A stretch of 64,000 nucleotides of DNA, taken from positions 5,129-69,128 of the IMG/VR virus record IMGVR_UViG_3300031772_000022; one strand, 5' to 3'. Source of the DNA: a virus. The position numbers were made by a program, and so were the translations under genes. The notes under the pieces were generated by a model. The model had not been told where the DNA came from and did no database searches. It saw only the letters and a list, made by a program, of their open reading frames with translations. Of this stretch, positions 29,901 through 39,437 are shown piece after piece; position 1 is the first letter of the stretch, and each line of letters opens with the position of its first letter.

Positions 29901-30653
29901 GTCGACGGCGGAGAACGAGTATGCCTGGCCTGATGTTCCGAACATGACCAGGGCGGTCTGAATGTTCGCAAACTTCAGCTGCCAATATGACATGACGTCC
30001 TTCATGAAGCCGCCGATAGTCGGGACCTCGGGACCCTTTTCAGGAGTGTAGGACGTAAAGGATCCGGTCGTATAGAAGAAGTCGCCCATAGCGTCTTTGG
30101 CGAGCTGGGCTATGGTTGCGTAAGGATTCTGTCCCGAGAACTGGTTCTGGAAGAGCTGATACCCACCAGCGCTGGACCCCCCGGCCTCAAGGAAAGCGGG
30201 GTTCGTCGTCGCGTTCGTCAGCTCCCACCAGCGCAGAATGTCCTTACAGCTGACGGTCATAGAGCTCGTCCCGTTGGACCACGACTTCGACACCGACGAG
30301 ACGATCCCCCAGAAAATCCGGTAGTACTGGGGAAAGCCTCCGATCAGATAGTAACCTTTCGCAAAGATCTCCACCTCCATCATCGGCTGGATGAGGAACT
30401 GCCCGTCAGAAAAGAATTCGTTGACGTCGTTGTCCGGAATGGAGAGGTTGATCGTTGCACTCCCGGGAGGGGAGTCCACAGAGGCCTCCGTTGATATCTG
30501 AGTGATATAGTCGTTGTAGTTAACTTTGCGAAGGCACTCGCCACATCCAATGACCGTCGTCTCCCCCTGAAGGGATACATACGCGTCCGGTGCGACCGTG
30601 ATGAACGGTCGCTTATTGGGCTCCCATGTGCCACGCCAGGCGGACTTCCTCAT
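26973..30653 (-). CDS. Baseplate hub protein (gp27 / gpD-like), 1226 aa
   Basis: 'GFEFYCDTTGDIIFKPPFYN', 'LLRRYGWR', 'GTISIPMRPELRMGFPV...FYVQGIAHQYSVGG..TTTVTL' hub signatures. Confidence 0.8.
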   Translation of the reverse strand: MRKSAWRGTWEPNKRPFITVAPDAYVSLQGETTVIGCGECLRKVNYNDYITQISTEASVDSPPGSATINLSIPDNDVNEFFSDGQFLIQPMMEVEIFAKGYYLIGGFPQYYRIFWGIVSSVSKSWSNGTSSMTVSCKDILRWWELTNATTNPAFLEAGGSSAGGYQLFQNQFSGQNPYATIAQLAKDAMGDFFYTTGSFTSYTPEKGPEVPTIGGFMKDVMSYWQLKFANIQTALVMFGTSGQAYSFSAVDGTVSPNQMLETIIKEEVRSLKNNHSTVLLQTNPKDVTTAKIEVARAGDVEFFQNETQSKLSLAMHARDQMGFEFYCDTTGDIIFKPPFYNLNVLPNKPVSWIQDFDIIDDQLTDSEAEVVTQVTSSGNAFGGATDWGLNDEITTPRTGVYDFHLLRRYGWRRADLQLEWAGNPRKLFFYLLDWMDRLNAKRQNGTISIPMRPELRMGFPVWVPKYDSFFYVQGIAHQYSVGGQATTTVTLTAKRSKFIAPKGIGEINKTPGATRNVVGDKKRGLEGQDQVYTVTWPGKQDATSGLGQDVSGGGPAIIRDPKTGKILGFPNVVMVFKQTYAGKDLQKIMESQGQQTQPNTAAPAAKGNKNQITPLAHKAQVSQTLIQSQSANKDILIARLRAHRYEAGMTNAGAYDYAWDKGRNFREFALIPLSSYQNHPKVDDAATTTIKSKDQERPDKEEQKKLVDAQLADIKAAKEKFDGLNVKLKKKSKEVTDLSQKFGKSKPPDFSPTGLANFTAGVTLLNAELAVITEDQKKAAADLESAQKRLVAVKAANPVVTYIPELNVLIRPVSDEFGFEVIGHNRYGRGAYIDRGKLQVPVKGADMPSVANQLNIQFAPTGGFLTDAGIGSNVDGQAVNFSSLFEQMTPEDYKTGASFTGTVSPGQGVSNVQTTSASTYTNLINADKGTGLYVEADATRRAKTLGEMVPSIDLGIDAAFTKCGCGLNRANWLSLLPSNLISSVLADATAEGEDRRYTEEDNKTLVNPITGEIGSNTEPGSIAVNGMSRAGAKGGGQVLLSSPGSTGRDKEVGILSSKGFFEALDVFLLTKFDTELKENVKRETAYTLGGIDNPANVDTNPLGLGDDEQDNVLGDPDNPLFARASLGDPAALAALQKQANFNFGQTNAALKNFGPTVDQAGKNAAERLNQIGKQKASPLVSATTDTAPQYQPPAPTVSDPINQRRYDNAGVPVYLGRDGIPLKTPG

Positions 30654-32308
30654 CTTCCGCCTATGCTTCCGCCTACTTGAGCGTCGGTCACGGACTCAAC
30701 CTCCATGTCATACCGGACCGTAAACTTGAAGCTGTACTCCAGGTTGTAGGGCTTATCCGCACTGTCAGTAACGCTGAAGTCGTCGAACGAGCCGATGTAG
30801 AAGTGGCCGTCGAAGTAAATGTAGACGCTCATTCCGATGAGGCGGACGTGGTCGTTCCTGTCGCCGAAGTTCTCTTTTCCTGAAAAGAGGTACCCGTTGT
30901 TCTTGTACGTCCGGACGAGGGACATGAGGTTGCGATAGCTTAGGCTGTGGACTCGCTTCTGGTGGGTAAGGCCTCCGGTGCCGGCGGAGTTCATGATGTA
31001 CTGGGCGGCCGTCACCCCCTTGCAGGAGATCGTCATGGGCTTCTCCAGCCACATGTGCACAATATGATTCCTGCGGCCCTTCGGGGTATCAATCGAATGC
31101 TCGTAACTCCGAGAGAACGTTTGAGGCGAGATGAGCATGTAGAGAGCCGGAATCGACTTCGCGGCAGCTACCTGGTTCTGAAGGTACTTCACCTGTTTCT
31201 GGACGGTCTCTTGCCTGACCCCATCGACCGGACGGATGTTCCGACCCGTCCGTCCCCCGATAGGATCGTCCTTCTCCAGGTCCGTGATGTTCCCGCCCGA
31301 CATGACGTCTGCCCTAATCCGCGGTGCGTCCGTATCGATCTTGTTCAGGTCACCAGCGGATGGGGAGACGGCAGGTTCATTGCCGGTGAGGATACCGTCC
31401 GGATCAGGCTGGGACGGATCTTTGTTACTCGAACTGTACATATTCGCGCCCGACTGAACGTTCCGTCCATAGCCTATGACAAAAGGGTCGGTAGGCGAGT
31501 CGCCGGCCGTGAAGTACGGACCGTTGTTCCCGCCCTTGCTCTCGGGGAAAATGTCGGGGCGAAGCGCTTTCGCAAAGTCCTGACCGTCTTTGGCGTTGCG
31601 AACTTGCTTCCAACCGAGGGTAGCGCCGACCCAACGGTTTACTCCGTCGTCCAGGTTCGTGGCGCCGACAAAGTATGTGTCGTACGGCTTTCCAACCTTC
31701 CCAGGAGGGAGACCCTTCTCACCGGAGCCGTGGAAGTCCTGACCTTTGTAGTACTGCCCACCCTGCTTAGGGCCACCCGAGTGGACGTTCCCGATATTGA
31801 AACAGTCCGTCTTGAAGTTCGTGCTCCCTTTCGGCTCCCTGTCCAACTCAGCTCCGGCGTGGCCTACGAGCAGCGGCGTAAGGCGTTTGGCGTCCGGTTC
31901 GCTGAAACCCCGCTTCTTCAGGTTGTTGTATATGGCGTTCCCCAATGCCTTCTGGGTGAACACCGTCTTAGTCTTCACGAGCTCGTTCGGACCCGAAGCC
32001 CCGCCGCTCGCCGACTGACCTTTGGCAGTCGAATTCCCGGTGGCCGAACCCAGGTTCGTCTTTGTCTGCTCGATCGCCACAAAGTTGACGGTCACATCAG
32101 GAGGGATGATCCCGATGACGAAAGGCTTGTAGGGGGTCTTCGCCCCGACGAGGCTCGCGTAGACCTCCGGGGCGAGCTTATCCACATCGGTGGAGATTGT
32201 GGAGACAAGGTCGTCCAGCCACGGGTTGATGTCCGAGGACGGCGCCTGCGCCGTGGGTCCCCCGATGGTGTTCGGTGCGTTGACGAAGATCCGGTCGCGG
32301 ACGGACAT
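30650..32308 (-). CDS. Tail tube initiator-like protein with inserted lysozyme-fold (GH73/FlgJ-like) domain, 552 aa
   Basis: C-terminal domain is paralogous to the next ORF ('YIGSFDDFSVTDSADKPYNLEYSFKF'). Central region has HAGAE, FNIGNV, 'QDFAKAL' and 'YFTA'. Confidence 0.6.
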   Translation of the reverse strand: MSVRDRIFVNAPNTIGGPTAQAPSSDINPWLDDLVSTISTDVDKLAPEVYASLVGAKTPYKPFVIGIIPPDVTVNFVAIEQTKTNLGSATGNSTAKGQSASGGASGPNELVKTKTVFTQKALGNAIYNNLKKRGFSEPDAKRLTPLLVGHAGAELDREPKGSTNFKTDCFNIGNVHSGGPKQGGQYYKGQDFHGSGEKGLPPGKVGKPYDTYFVGATNLDDGVNRWVGATLGWKQVRNAKDGQDFAKALRPDIFPESKGGNNGPYFTAGDSPTDPFVIGYGRNVQSGANMYSSSNKDPSQPDPDGILTGNEPAVSPSAGDLNKIDTDAPRIRADVMSGGNITDLEKDDPIGGRTGRNIRPVDGVRQETVQKQVKYLQNQVAAAKSIPALYMLISPQTFSRSYEHSIDTPKGRRNHIVHMWLEKPMTISCKGVTAAQYIMNSAGTGGLTHQKRVHSLSYRNLMSLVRTYKNNGYLFSGKENFGDRNDHVRLIGMSVYIYFDGHFYIGSFDDFSVTDSADKPYNLEYSFKFTVRYDMEVESVTDAQVGGSIGGR

Positions 32309-32309
32309 T

Positions 32310-32978
32310 TCAACGACCCTCCGACGGTTTGTTCGGCTTGGTGAAGAAACCTTCCGGGCCGGAATCGCTAGCTGTGTCCGGAATCCGATAGATGACGCTC
32401 TCTATTTTGAACTCCCATGACAGCTCGAACGAGAAGGGGTGGGAGTCGTCCTCGTTCTCTTCAAAGGTCGTGAAATGGCCCAGGAAGATGCCGCGGTCAT
32501 ATATGCACATGATACGGCCGCGGATGACGGGCTGACCGACCGAGTTGAAAACGCAGCCGTTCATGCGAAAGAGTTCCAGAAAGTCCTCTTTCCGCTCCCA
32601 CGCCATGGTTCCGCGCCTGCCGGGGTTCTTACCTCCAGTCTGGGTCCCGCTTGAGCCGCGGGCCTTGCGCTCGTTCCCGGCGGTCAGACCGGACTCGGCA
32701 GAGAAGAAGGCACCCGTGGAGGACTCACAGGAGAGGCTTCCGAGCTCGTCCGGCCAGACGAACTCCACCCAGCCCCCGTAGGTCATGACGACGTTCTTGG
32801 ACTTCGCCATCTTTTCGTCGATAGAGCGGGGGTTCACGTGTAGGGCGAGGAACGTCGTATATAGAGGCTGCATGGAGTCCGGCCGCATGACCTGGAAAAG
32901 CATGGGCCGGCCGCGGCGGGCCTCGTAGTTATACCCGTTCTCGACCCTCGGATTCGGAATCGCCCGTATCTGAGCCAT
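32310..32978 (-). CDS. Tail tube initiator-like protein (T4 gp48/gp54 analogue), 222 aa
   Basis: Follows the tape measure gene. 'LHVNPRS', 'FLGHFTTFEENEDDSHPFSFELSWEF'. Confidence 0.65.
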   Translation of the reverse strand: MAQIRAIPNPRVENGYNYEARRGRPMLFQVMRPDSMQPLYTTFLALHVNPRSIDEKMAKSKNVVMTYGGWVEFVWPDELGSLSCESSTGAFFSAESGLTAGNERKARGSSGTQTGGKNPGRRGTMAWERKEDFLELFRMNGCVFNSVGQPVIRGRIMCIYDRGIFLGHFTTFEENEDDSHPFSFELSWEFKIESVIYRIPDTASDSGPEGFFTKPNKPSEGR

Positions 32979-35900
32979 CAGTGCGCCCTGTAGAGCTCGT
33001 GGACGGCCGCCGCAATCTGCTTCGGATCCGCGTCGGTCTGGACGTTGATAGTGGCGTTCACGTTCACGATCTTCCCACCGCTGCCCTCGCCCCCCTTGAC
33101 GAGCATGCCGCCCTTCGGGACGACCATCTCGCCCTTGTGGACCCTAGCCATCTGGTCATAGTCGACCGATCCACCAGTCGCAAACCCGTACTTGGCTGGA
33201 GAGACTTCCTGGGCCCATTTCCCGGTCTGTTTCAAAAAATCAGATCCGGACGAAGGCTTCATGTTCTTTTCCCCAAGGTCCTTACCCCATTGACTGACTT
33301 TGTCCCATTCAGTGAGCATGGCGAATTCGAAGAGGGCCGTACGGAACGATTCCAAGGTGGCATCCTTCAGGACGTTCGAGTATTTCGTGGTCAGCCAGCT
33401 TTGTTCATACTTAATGCCCTTCTTGAAGAGCGAAAGCGTGTCGTTTATGCCCCTGTAGATGTCCTCATCCTGGGAAAGAGCCGCGTCGGCAGTCTTCGCA
33501 TGCTCTTCTTGAATCTTCGTAGAATCCTGGGCAGCAACGTTGGCGAGCTTCACGTCGGCAGGCTTTGGGCCCGGGCCCGGGCCCGGGCCCGCGGCGGGAG
33601 CGCCGATGGTAGCTGCCGGCCCGGCAGCCGCGTCGGCAGCGACCTTCTTTATCGCAGCGACCTGCTCGGGAGTGAGTCCGGCTTTCGGAGGCGCAGGAGG
33701 TCCGATAAACCCTGGATCTCCGGGCTTCGGCACGGCGGCTCCAGACTTCGGAGGGGCGGGCTGACCTGTCTCCTGCGCAATCTTCGCGGCGGCGGCGTCG
33801 CCGACTCCCTTGCCGTAGAGGTCGGCCGTCCTCTTGTCGAGATCAGTCCCTCCCGTCCGCTGCTTCGCATGCAGAACGCCGGCCTCATTTGCGGCCGTCC
33901 CGCGACCGAGGCCCTTCGCGTCAGTAGCCTGATCCTTGCTAAGCTCACCAAGTAGCTTCACCATTTTGTCGGTGTCCATACCTTTGAGCAGCTTGTCCGT
34001 CTCTACAATTTTGCCTTCCTTATATGAATTGACGAACTTGTCGATGTCCTCACGGCTAAGACCGGCCGTCGCCATCTGACCGCGCACCTTAGTCTCCTTT
34101 TCCCAGTCCCAGTGCCTTTCACCGGTCTTCGCGTCGGTGACCTTCCCGAACCCGAGGCCCATGAGCTTGTCACCAAACTGATTAGCAAGGTCCTTGGAGT
34201 CCTTACCCGACGCGACTGCACGCTGGACAGCGTCCATATCGCCTGAAAACTTGGCGTACGCGGCGTCGTTCCCGGCGAAGGACTTCTTGGCGTCGTCGCG
34301 CATCGCGTTGATGGCGGCGACAGACTTCTTCTCCGCCTCACCACCACTCATCCACGAGAAGATCCCGTTGAGCTCCGACAGGACCGAGTCCATCGCGTAA
34401 TAGATCTTCTCGAGCAGGAAGGCGAGAACGTTCTCCATCTTGTCACCAAGCGAAGTCGTCGCAATGACCTGCTGTTGAGCGATCTCGTCCGCACTCTGGG
34501 CGTTCTCCTTGTCCTCCGCCATCTGCATTGTGGATGCGAGCTTGATCTTCTCCTGAATGTCGCCGTCGGTCAGGCCCTTCATGGTGCTCTCGAACGTCTC
34601 GTCCGAGTCGTCCTTGAGCTTGCCCTCCTGCTTCAAGATCTTCTTCAGGTTGGTGTTTATGGACACGCTCGACGTGCGGCCCGTCTTCCTGACGGAGGCG
34701 GTGTTCACCGCCATGTTGTCCTTGAGCTTTTGGATGGCCTTCAGCTCCTGCTCCGATATTCCGAGCTGCTTCGCGACATGCTCGCCGAGGCCTGTAAGAT
34801 CCCCACCGGTAAAAGCACCAGCGTGGGCTTCCAAGGCCTCCATGCGGCCGAGCATACCCATGCCCTTCATGCCCGTGGCCATCTTGAGAGGGTCTCCGGA
34901 CGCCCCGAGTTTTTTACTTCGCGCAAGGTCCTGCATCGCAGAGATCTTCGTCGGATCGATTCCGGCAGCCGCCGCCTTAGCGGAGATCGCGGCTATGTCC
35001 TTCGTTATATCCTTCGTGGGCCCCTTGCCGGACATGGCCTGCTTGAACTCGTCACCAAGGTCGCCAAGCTGGCCCGCCATGGACTCCGTAGAGCGAGCAA
35101 AGTCCTTCTCCATGATCTTGCCCATCTTGCCGGGGCCGACGACCAGGACCATCTTCAAGCGCTGCTTGAAGTCCATCTGGTCGAAGCCCTTCCCGAAGGC
35201 CTTCATGAAGTCCTTGAGCTGCCGGGGGTCCATCGTCTTGCTCATCATCTTGACGACGCCCGTCACCTCCTCAATGCGATTGGTGAACATGTCGAGCTCT
35301 GGAATGGCGTCCTTGAAGATCGCCATGAACTTGTTCACCGGAATGCCGGCCTGGGAGGCCTGCTTCACCACGTCCGCCATCACCTTCGACACGTTCTGGT
35401 GCGAGATGCCTATCTCGCTCACCATCTGGCCCATGAAGCCGGCCACCTCGGTGGCCTCCATTCCGAGGGCCTTCCCGTAGACCTGGGCGTTCTTGGCGAG
35501 CTCGAACATCCCCTGCTGGAGGTCCTTGCCGCCCATGTCCTTGATCATCGCCTCGGCCTGGACGATTGAGCCGGTGGACTCCCGGGCGAACGCCCCGGCG
35601 GCGGCCATAGCGGTCTCGGAGCTTCCGCCGAACTTGATAAGGGCGCCGTGGGCGTCCATCGCCGCCTCGCGCATGTTCTTCAGGGACTTGGCGTAGTCGG
35701 CGCCGGAAACGCCAATATCCTTGGCAAACCCCGTCCCCTCAAGCATCTTCTTGTTGAGGTCGGCCATCGCCCCGGAGGCCTTGTTGATGAACTTCGCAAG
35801 GGCGGCGAGGCCGGCGACGGCCATCGATAGGCCCGTGGCGGCCTTCCCCATCATCTCCCCGGCGCCTGCCATCTTCTCGGCGCCCTTGGCACCGCCTGCA

Positions 35901-36541
35901 GCGTCACCCTTCTCCTGAACCCCGCGGGCCGTCTTCCCGGCCGCGCCCTTGGAGATGGAGGAGAGCATCCCGGCCAGACCGCCCTTAATGTCCCCGGAGA
36001 CGGCCCTGATGAGCCCATCTCCGACGCCCTTGAACATGTCCTTCCCGCTGAAGGACGCCATCTCGTTGAGCTTGTCGATGCCCTTCTTCTGTGCGACCGA
36101 CGCGCGCTTTATCTCGGACGTGTAGCTTTTCAGCGTCCCCTTCTGGGCGTTGATCTGCTTGTTCAGGTCGCCCATGACGGACGAGAGGTCCGAGAGCTTC
36201 TTCTGAATGTCCCCCTTCTTGGTGTCGTCAGACTCCGCCGCGTAAGCGCTCTCGAGGGCCTTGGCCTCCTGCTTCGCCTCAGAGAGCTTCTTGCCGAGCT
36301 CCTTCAGCTTGCCGAGGGACGCGTTGGCGGCCGAGCTAAGGTTCTTCGAGAAGGCCTCCGCGGCCTTCGAGATCTCGTTTATGGCCTTGACGTTGAGGTT
36401 GGCCTGCTTGATCGTCTTCGTGAAGTTGACCGCGCTGCCCTTCTTGGCGATCTTCTCCAGGTCCCGTATAACGTTGGTCGTCGCACGCTGGTCGAGGACC
36501 GGCGTGATCATGGTCTTGATGCTTATGTTCTCTTTGGCCAT
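32978..36541 (-). CDS. Tape measure protein (1187 aa)
   Basis: Long alpha-helical Ala/Lys/Gly/Met-rich ORF between the tail chaperones and baseplate genes. Confidence 0.85.
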   Translation of the reverse strand: MAKENISIKTMITPVLDQRATTNVIRDLEKIAKKGSAVNFTKTIKQANLNVKAINEISKAAEAFSKNLSSAANASLGKLKELGKKLSEAKQEAKALESAYAAESDDTKKGDIQKKLSDLSSVMGDLNKQINAQKGTLKSYTSEIKRASVAQKKGIDKLNEMASFSGKDMFKGVGDGLIRAVSGDIKGGLAGMLSSISKGAAGKTARGVQEKGDAAGGAKGAEKMAGAGEMMGKAATGLSMAVAGLAALAKFINKASGAMADLNKKMLEGTGFAKDIGVSGADYAKSLKNMREAAMDAHGALIKFGGSSETAMAAAGAFARESTGSIVQAEAMIKDMGGKDLQQGMFELAKNAQVYGKALGMEATEVAGFMGQMVSEIGISHQNVSKVMADVVKQASQAGIPVNKFMAIFKDAIPELDMFTNRIEEVTGVVKMMSKTMDPRQLKDFMKAFGKGFDQMDFKQRLKMVLVVGPGKMGKIMEKDFARSTESMAGQLGDLGDEFKQAMSGKGPTKDITKDIAAISAKAAAAGIDPTKISAMQDLARSKKLGASGDPLKMATGMKGMGMLGRMEALEAHAGAFTGGDLTGLGEHVAKQLGISEQELKAIQKLKDNMAVNTASVRKTGRTSSVSINTNLKKILKQEGKLKDDSDETFESTMKGLTDGDIQEKIKLASTMQMAEDKENAQSADEIAQQQVIATTSLGDKMENVLAFLLEKIYYAMDSVLSELNGIFSWMSGGEAEKKSVAAINAMRDDAKKSFAGNDAAYAKFSGDMDAVQRAVASGKDSKDLANQFGDKLMGLGFGKVTDAKTGERHWDWEKETKVRGQMATAGLSREDIDKFVNSYKEGKIVETDKLLKGMDTDKMVKLLGELSKDQATDAKGLGRGTAANEAGVLHAKQRTGGTDLDKRTADLYGKGVGDAAAAKIAQETGQPAPPKSGAAVPKPGDPGFIGPPAPPKAGLTPEQVAAIKKVAADAAAGPAATIGAPAAGPGPGPGPKPADVKLANVAAQDSTKIQEEHAKTADAALSQDEDIYRGINDTLSLFKKGIKYEQSWLTTKYSNVLKDATLESFRTALFEFAMLTEWDKVSQWGKDLGEKNMKPSSGSDFLKQTGKWAQEVSPAKYGFATGGSVDYDQMARVHKGEMVVPKGGMLVKGGEGSGGKIVNVNATINVQTDADPKQIAAAVHELYRAH

Positions 36542-36553
36542 GACACCTCAGGG

Positions 36554-37732
36554 CTAAGCCCCACCATCCTCCCCCTCATCGGAACTCTGTTTAGCGCCCT
36601 CGACCATCTGACGCTGGGCGGACTCTGCCTGGTCAAGGCGAAGGGCATCCATGCGCTTCATGTAGGCGTCCGCAGCAGCGCGTCCCCCGAGTATCCTCGA
36701 ACCACCCCCTCCGATCGACGGCCCTCTCGCTTCCATCTCAGGGCGCCGAAGGTAGGAGTTCTTCTGAAGCTCTATCGTCTTGGCCCTCTCCTGGTACTCC
36801 GCGCGCTTTCGCTCGATCACGAGGTCGTGATAGTCCTTCTCGCCTGAAAGGGCCGCGGACAGCTCCTCAGCCAGCTCCTCAGCGCTCTCCGCTTTGAACT
36901 TCTTAGCGACGGACGCCTTCCGTCCGTCCGGAAGGGTGATGGTCTCCTCCGGTTCTTTGTTGTCCGTTCCGCGATTCAGATAACGGAAGAGGACTTTGAG
37001 CTTAAGCTCCTCCCTCTCGACACGCTCCGTCTCGAGACGTCCACGGTCGCGTTCTTCGATGGCCTTCACGCCCTTTCCGGCGAAGCACCCACCTATGAAC
37101 TTGGCGTTCGACCAGTCCCTCTCCATCTCCTCACGGTTCTCGATCATGCGGGACAAGGAAGTCCAGGTCTGCTGGCACAGGTTCATGCCAAGCTCGTCTG
37201 TTCCCGGGATACCGGTGTGAAGACCAGAGTGGATGGGGGAGCCTTTGGTGTGCAGCCACTTGAAGCGAGAACGGTTCTCGTAGACGTATATCTCGACGAG
37301 AGGATATAGGTTGGAAGCCCGCTCGTTCAGGGACGAGAGGCTGGATAGGATCTTCTCCTGGACAGGGGCGGGGATCTTCGACACAGTCTTGACAAGCCTT
37401 CCGATGTGGCGGGGTCTGTCGAAGAGCGCGTTCTGACCGTTCACGAAGAAGATGGAATGGGCGATGAAGGCCGTCCGAAAGAACGAGCGGGCTTCCGGGA
37501 CAGAAGCCCGACCAGGCTTCATGAACTCGACGAGGCGGAGCTCGTTATGGTTCATGGACTTGAACACGAAAGGCTGACCGACGACCGTCGAAACGCTCGT
37601 CAGGAAACCGCAAAAGAGGTACTTTTCAAGCTCCTCCCAGACGGTCTCGTCGATCTTCTTGTATGTCTCCGGGACACGGATCTCGACGCGACGCCGGGCG
37701 CTCGGCTGCGGCTTCTCCGTCGACATGGTCAC
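36554..37732 (-). CDS. Putative tail assembly chaperone (392 aa)
   Basis: Synteny (tube - chaperones - tape measure). N-terminal half resembles the upstream ORF ('AFIAHSIFFVNG' vs 'ITLAYAIVGVG'). Confidence 0.6.
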   Translation of the reverse strand: MTMSTEKPQPSARRRVEIRVPETYKKIDETVWEELEKYLFCGFLTSVSTVVGQPFVFKSMNHNELRLVEFMKPGRASVPEARSFFRTAFIAHSIFFVNGQNALFDRPRHIGRLVKTVSKIPAPVQEKILSSLSSLNERASNLYPLVEIYVYENRSRFKWLHTKGSPIHSGLHTGIPGTDELGMNLCQQTWTSLSRMIENREEMERDWSNAKFIGGCFAGKGVKAIEERDRGRLETERVEREELKLKVLFRYLNRGTDNKEPEETITLPDGRKASVAKKFKAESAEELAEELSAALSGEKDYHDLVIERKRAEYQERAKTIELQKNSYLRRPEMEARGPSIGGGGSRILGGRAAADAYMKRMDALRLDQAESAQRQMVEGAKQSSDEGEDGGA

Positions 37733-38643
37733 CTGGAGGGCCGGGCGAACCTTGGGTTGATGCTCGTGGCGGGCGGCCGGTCAATGGCGGGCGGCTGAAC
37801 CGGAGGCCGGGTTTCCCCGCGCTCTTCTATCACCTCCCCGGAGACAAAGCGCGGGACGTGAGGTGTCTGCGGAGAGCTGGCGGTCGGGGCGGTCGGAACG
37901 ATGTCGAGATCGACCGGAGAGGGATCTGATTGCGGGGGCGGGGGCGGGGGCGGGGGCGGGGGAGAGTCCGGGACGGGGACGGAAACAGAGCGCACGACTC
38001 TCCTCGCCGGCTCCCCATGGGCGACAGCCTTGAAGGGATCGAAGTCAGGACCGACCGCCGACTGCTCCTCTCCTTCGTTCGGATCCGGAACTCTCGCCTT
38101 CGGCTTCGAGTCATCCTCTTCGGGGTCCACGAGCTGCGGCAAGTGAAGCTGATCTCGAATCTCGGCGACTCGCGCCATGAGCTCGACCATCTCCTCCACA
38201 GGGCTTTTCGAATTCTCGAAGCGGATCTCCTGAAGGTTTTCCTTCTGGAACGACTCCATGAGGTCAGCGTAGACACTGAAAAGGTCATCCACGAGCTGGC
38301 CGCCCCACTTTTGGCTCTTCTCGTATATGTACTTGTCGAGAGTGACCGACACCTTCTTCCCATCACGGTTTGTCGCGGGGAAGCTCGGACCGGAGTTGCG
38401 GTATTCGCGAAGGTCGTGCTTGCCGACGCCGACGATAGCGTATGCCAAGGTGATGCGCTTGGCCTCGTTGAGGGAGTTGGAGCCGGCCTCCTGACTCACC
38501 ATAGCCTCGTTTATCTTTCCCTGGGCCTCATAGGAGACCGGGGACAGCAGGAACTTTATCCCACCGACGGTCCGCTCCCACACCTTGTCGGTGCCGAGCG
38601 ATGTTATAGCGCTGTCGAGCTCGGATATGAAGTCGGCGTCCAT
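37729..38643 (-). CDS. Putative tail assembly chaperone (304 aa) with Pro-rich C-terminal tail
   Basis: Directly downstream of the tube gene. Poly-Pro tract encoded by (CGGGGG)5 at 37933-37962. Confidence 0.6.
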   Translation of the reverse strand: MDADFISELDSAITSLGTDKVWERTVGGIKFLLSPVSYEAQGKINEAMVSQEAGSNSLNEAKRITLAYAIVGVGKHDLREYRNSGPSFPATNRDGKKVSVTLDKYIYEKSQKWGGQLVDDLFSVYADLMESFQKENLQEIRFENSKSPVEEMVELMARVAEIRDQLHLPQLVDPEEDDSKPKARVPDPNEGEEQSAVGPDFDPFKAVAHGEPARRVVRSVSVPVPDSPPPPPPPPPPQSDPSPVDLDIVPTAPTASSPQTPHVPRFVSGEVIEERGETRPPVQPPAIDRPPATSINPRFARPSR

Positions 38644-38660
38644 GGGGACACGATACCAAT

Positions 38661-38709
38661 ACGGCCAGGTCCCTAAGGGAACCCGGCCGTGAGGGTGTCA
38701 GGGACCTGG
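38661..38709 (-). terminator. Stem-loop downstream of the tube gene, with an alternative pairing
   Basis: acggccaggtccc-taa-gggaacccggccgt hairpin (38661-38690). ccaggtccct (38665-38674) is also perfectly complementary to agggacctgg (38700-38709). No long U-tract. Confidence 0.5.
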
Positions 38710-39384
38710 TCAGACGGCGAAGATGCGCGAGCCGGAGCCGGGCTTGAGGATCGGGTTGTTGCCCGAGTTCAGAAGGTCGCCGTACGTGTCCTCGGAGTTG
38801 CCGTAGAGGCTGAAGCCGTCGGTCACGTCGGTGGCCGTAGCGGCGCAGTCCTCCATGACGATGGCCGAGTCGGACGGGAACGAGACGCTGTAGGAGTTGA
38901 TCCAGCAGGCCTCGAAGAACGTCACCATGGCGAAGTTCGGGTCGTCGGTGCCCGTGCGCTTGATGGAGATAGCGGCGGCGTCGCGGGCCGTGACCAGCTC
39001 GGAGAAGACCAGCTCGGAGCGGATGTCGAACGGCCACTTGTGCTGGCGGAGCGAACGGACGAGGCCGTCGATGCCGCCCTTATAGCCGAGCTCCTGGATG
39101 ATGCCGGCCGTGTACATGAGCGTCCGGTTGAGCGTCAGGGCCATGGGCTCCGTGACGCCGGGGACGAGCTCGACGACGCGGTCGCCAAACCCGACCGCAC
39201 GCACGGGGTCGACCGCGCGGCTCTCGGACTGGTCGAAAGTCGACAGGACGCCGATCTGCTTCTCGGTGGGGGCACCGGTGCCGAAGGGCTTCGAGAAGAC
39301 GCGGTTCTTCTGGGAGATCGCGATTCTCGTGTTGGGCGATGAGCCCTTGCGGTAGATCTGGCCAACATCTGCGTCTCGTGCCAT
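38710..39384 (-). CDS. Tail tube protein (224 aa)
   Basis: 'IGVLSTFDQSESRAVDPVRAVG....VELVPG....LTLNRT', 'PFDIR', 'FEACWINSYSVSF' typical of T4 gp19-like tubes. Strongly GC3-biased codons. Confidence 0.85.
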   Translation of the reverse strand: MARDADVGQIYRKGSSPNTRIAISQKNRVFSKPFGTGAPTEKQIGVLSTFDQSESRAVDPVRAVGFGDRVVELVPGVTEPMALTLNRTLMYTAGIIQELGYKGGIDGLVRSLRQHKWPFDIRSELVFSELVTARDAAAISIKRTGTDDPNFAMVTFFEACWINSYSVSFPSDSAIVMEDCAATATDVTDGFSLYGNSEDTYGDLLNSGNNPILKPGSGSRIFAV

Positions 39385-39437
39385 ATCTAGTCCCTCACAT
39401 CAAAGACTCAATAAATGACTCAACGGCGTGGGTGCGG

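Noticed and set aside
33567-33590. (GGGCCC)4 self-complementary repeat in the tape measure gene
   Set aside because: Encodes a Gly-Pro linker; low complexity is sufficient explanation.
37933-37962. (CGGGGG)5 tract, potential G-quadruplex or phase-variable repeat
   Set aside because: In-frame hexamer encoding poly-Pro; length changes would not shift the frame and nothing else suggests a function.
36554-38643. Programmed -1 frameshift between tail chaperones (lambda G/GT type)
   Set aside because: No clear slippery heptamer was found near the junction. The ORFs overlap by 4 bp and the second has its own GGAGG SD and start.
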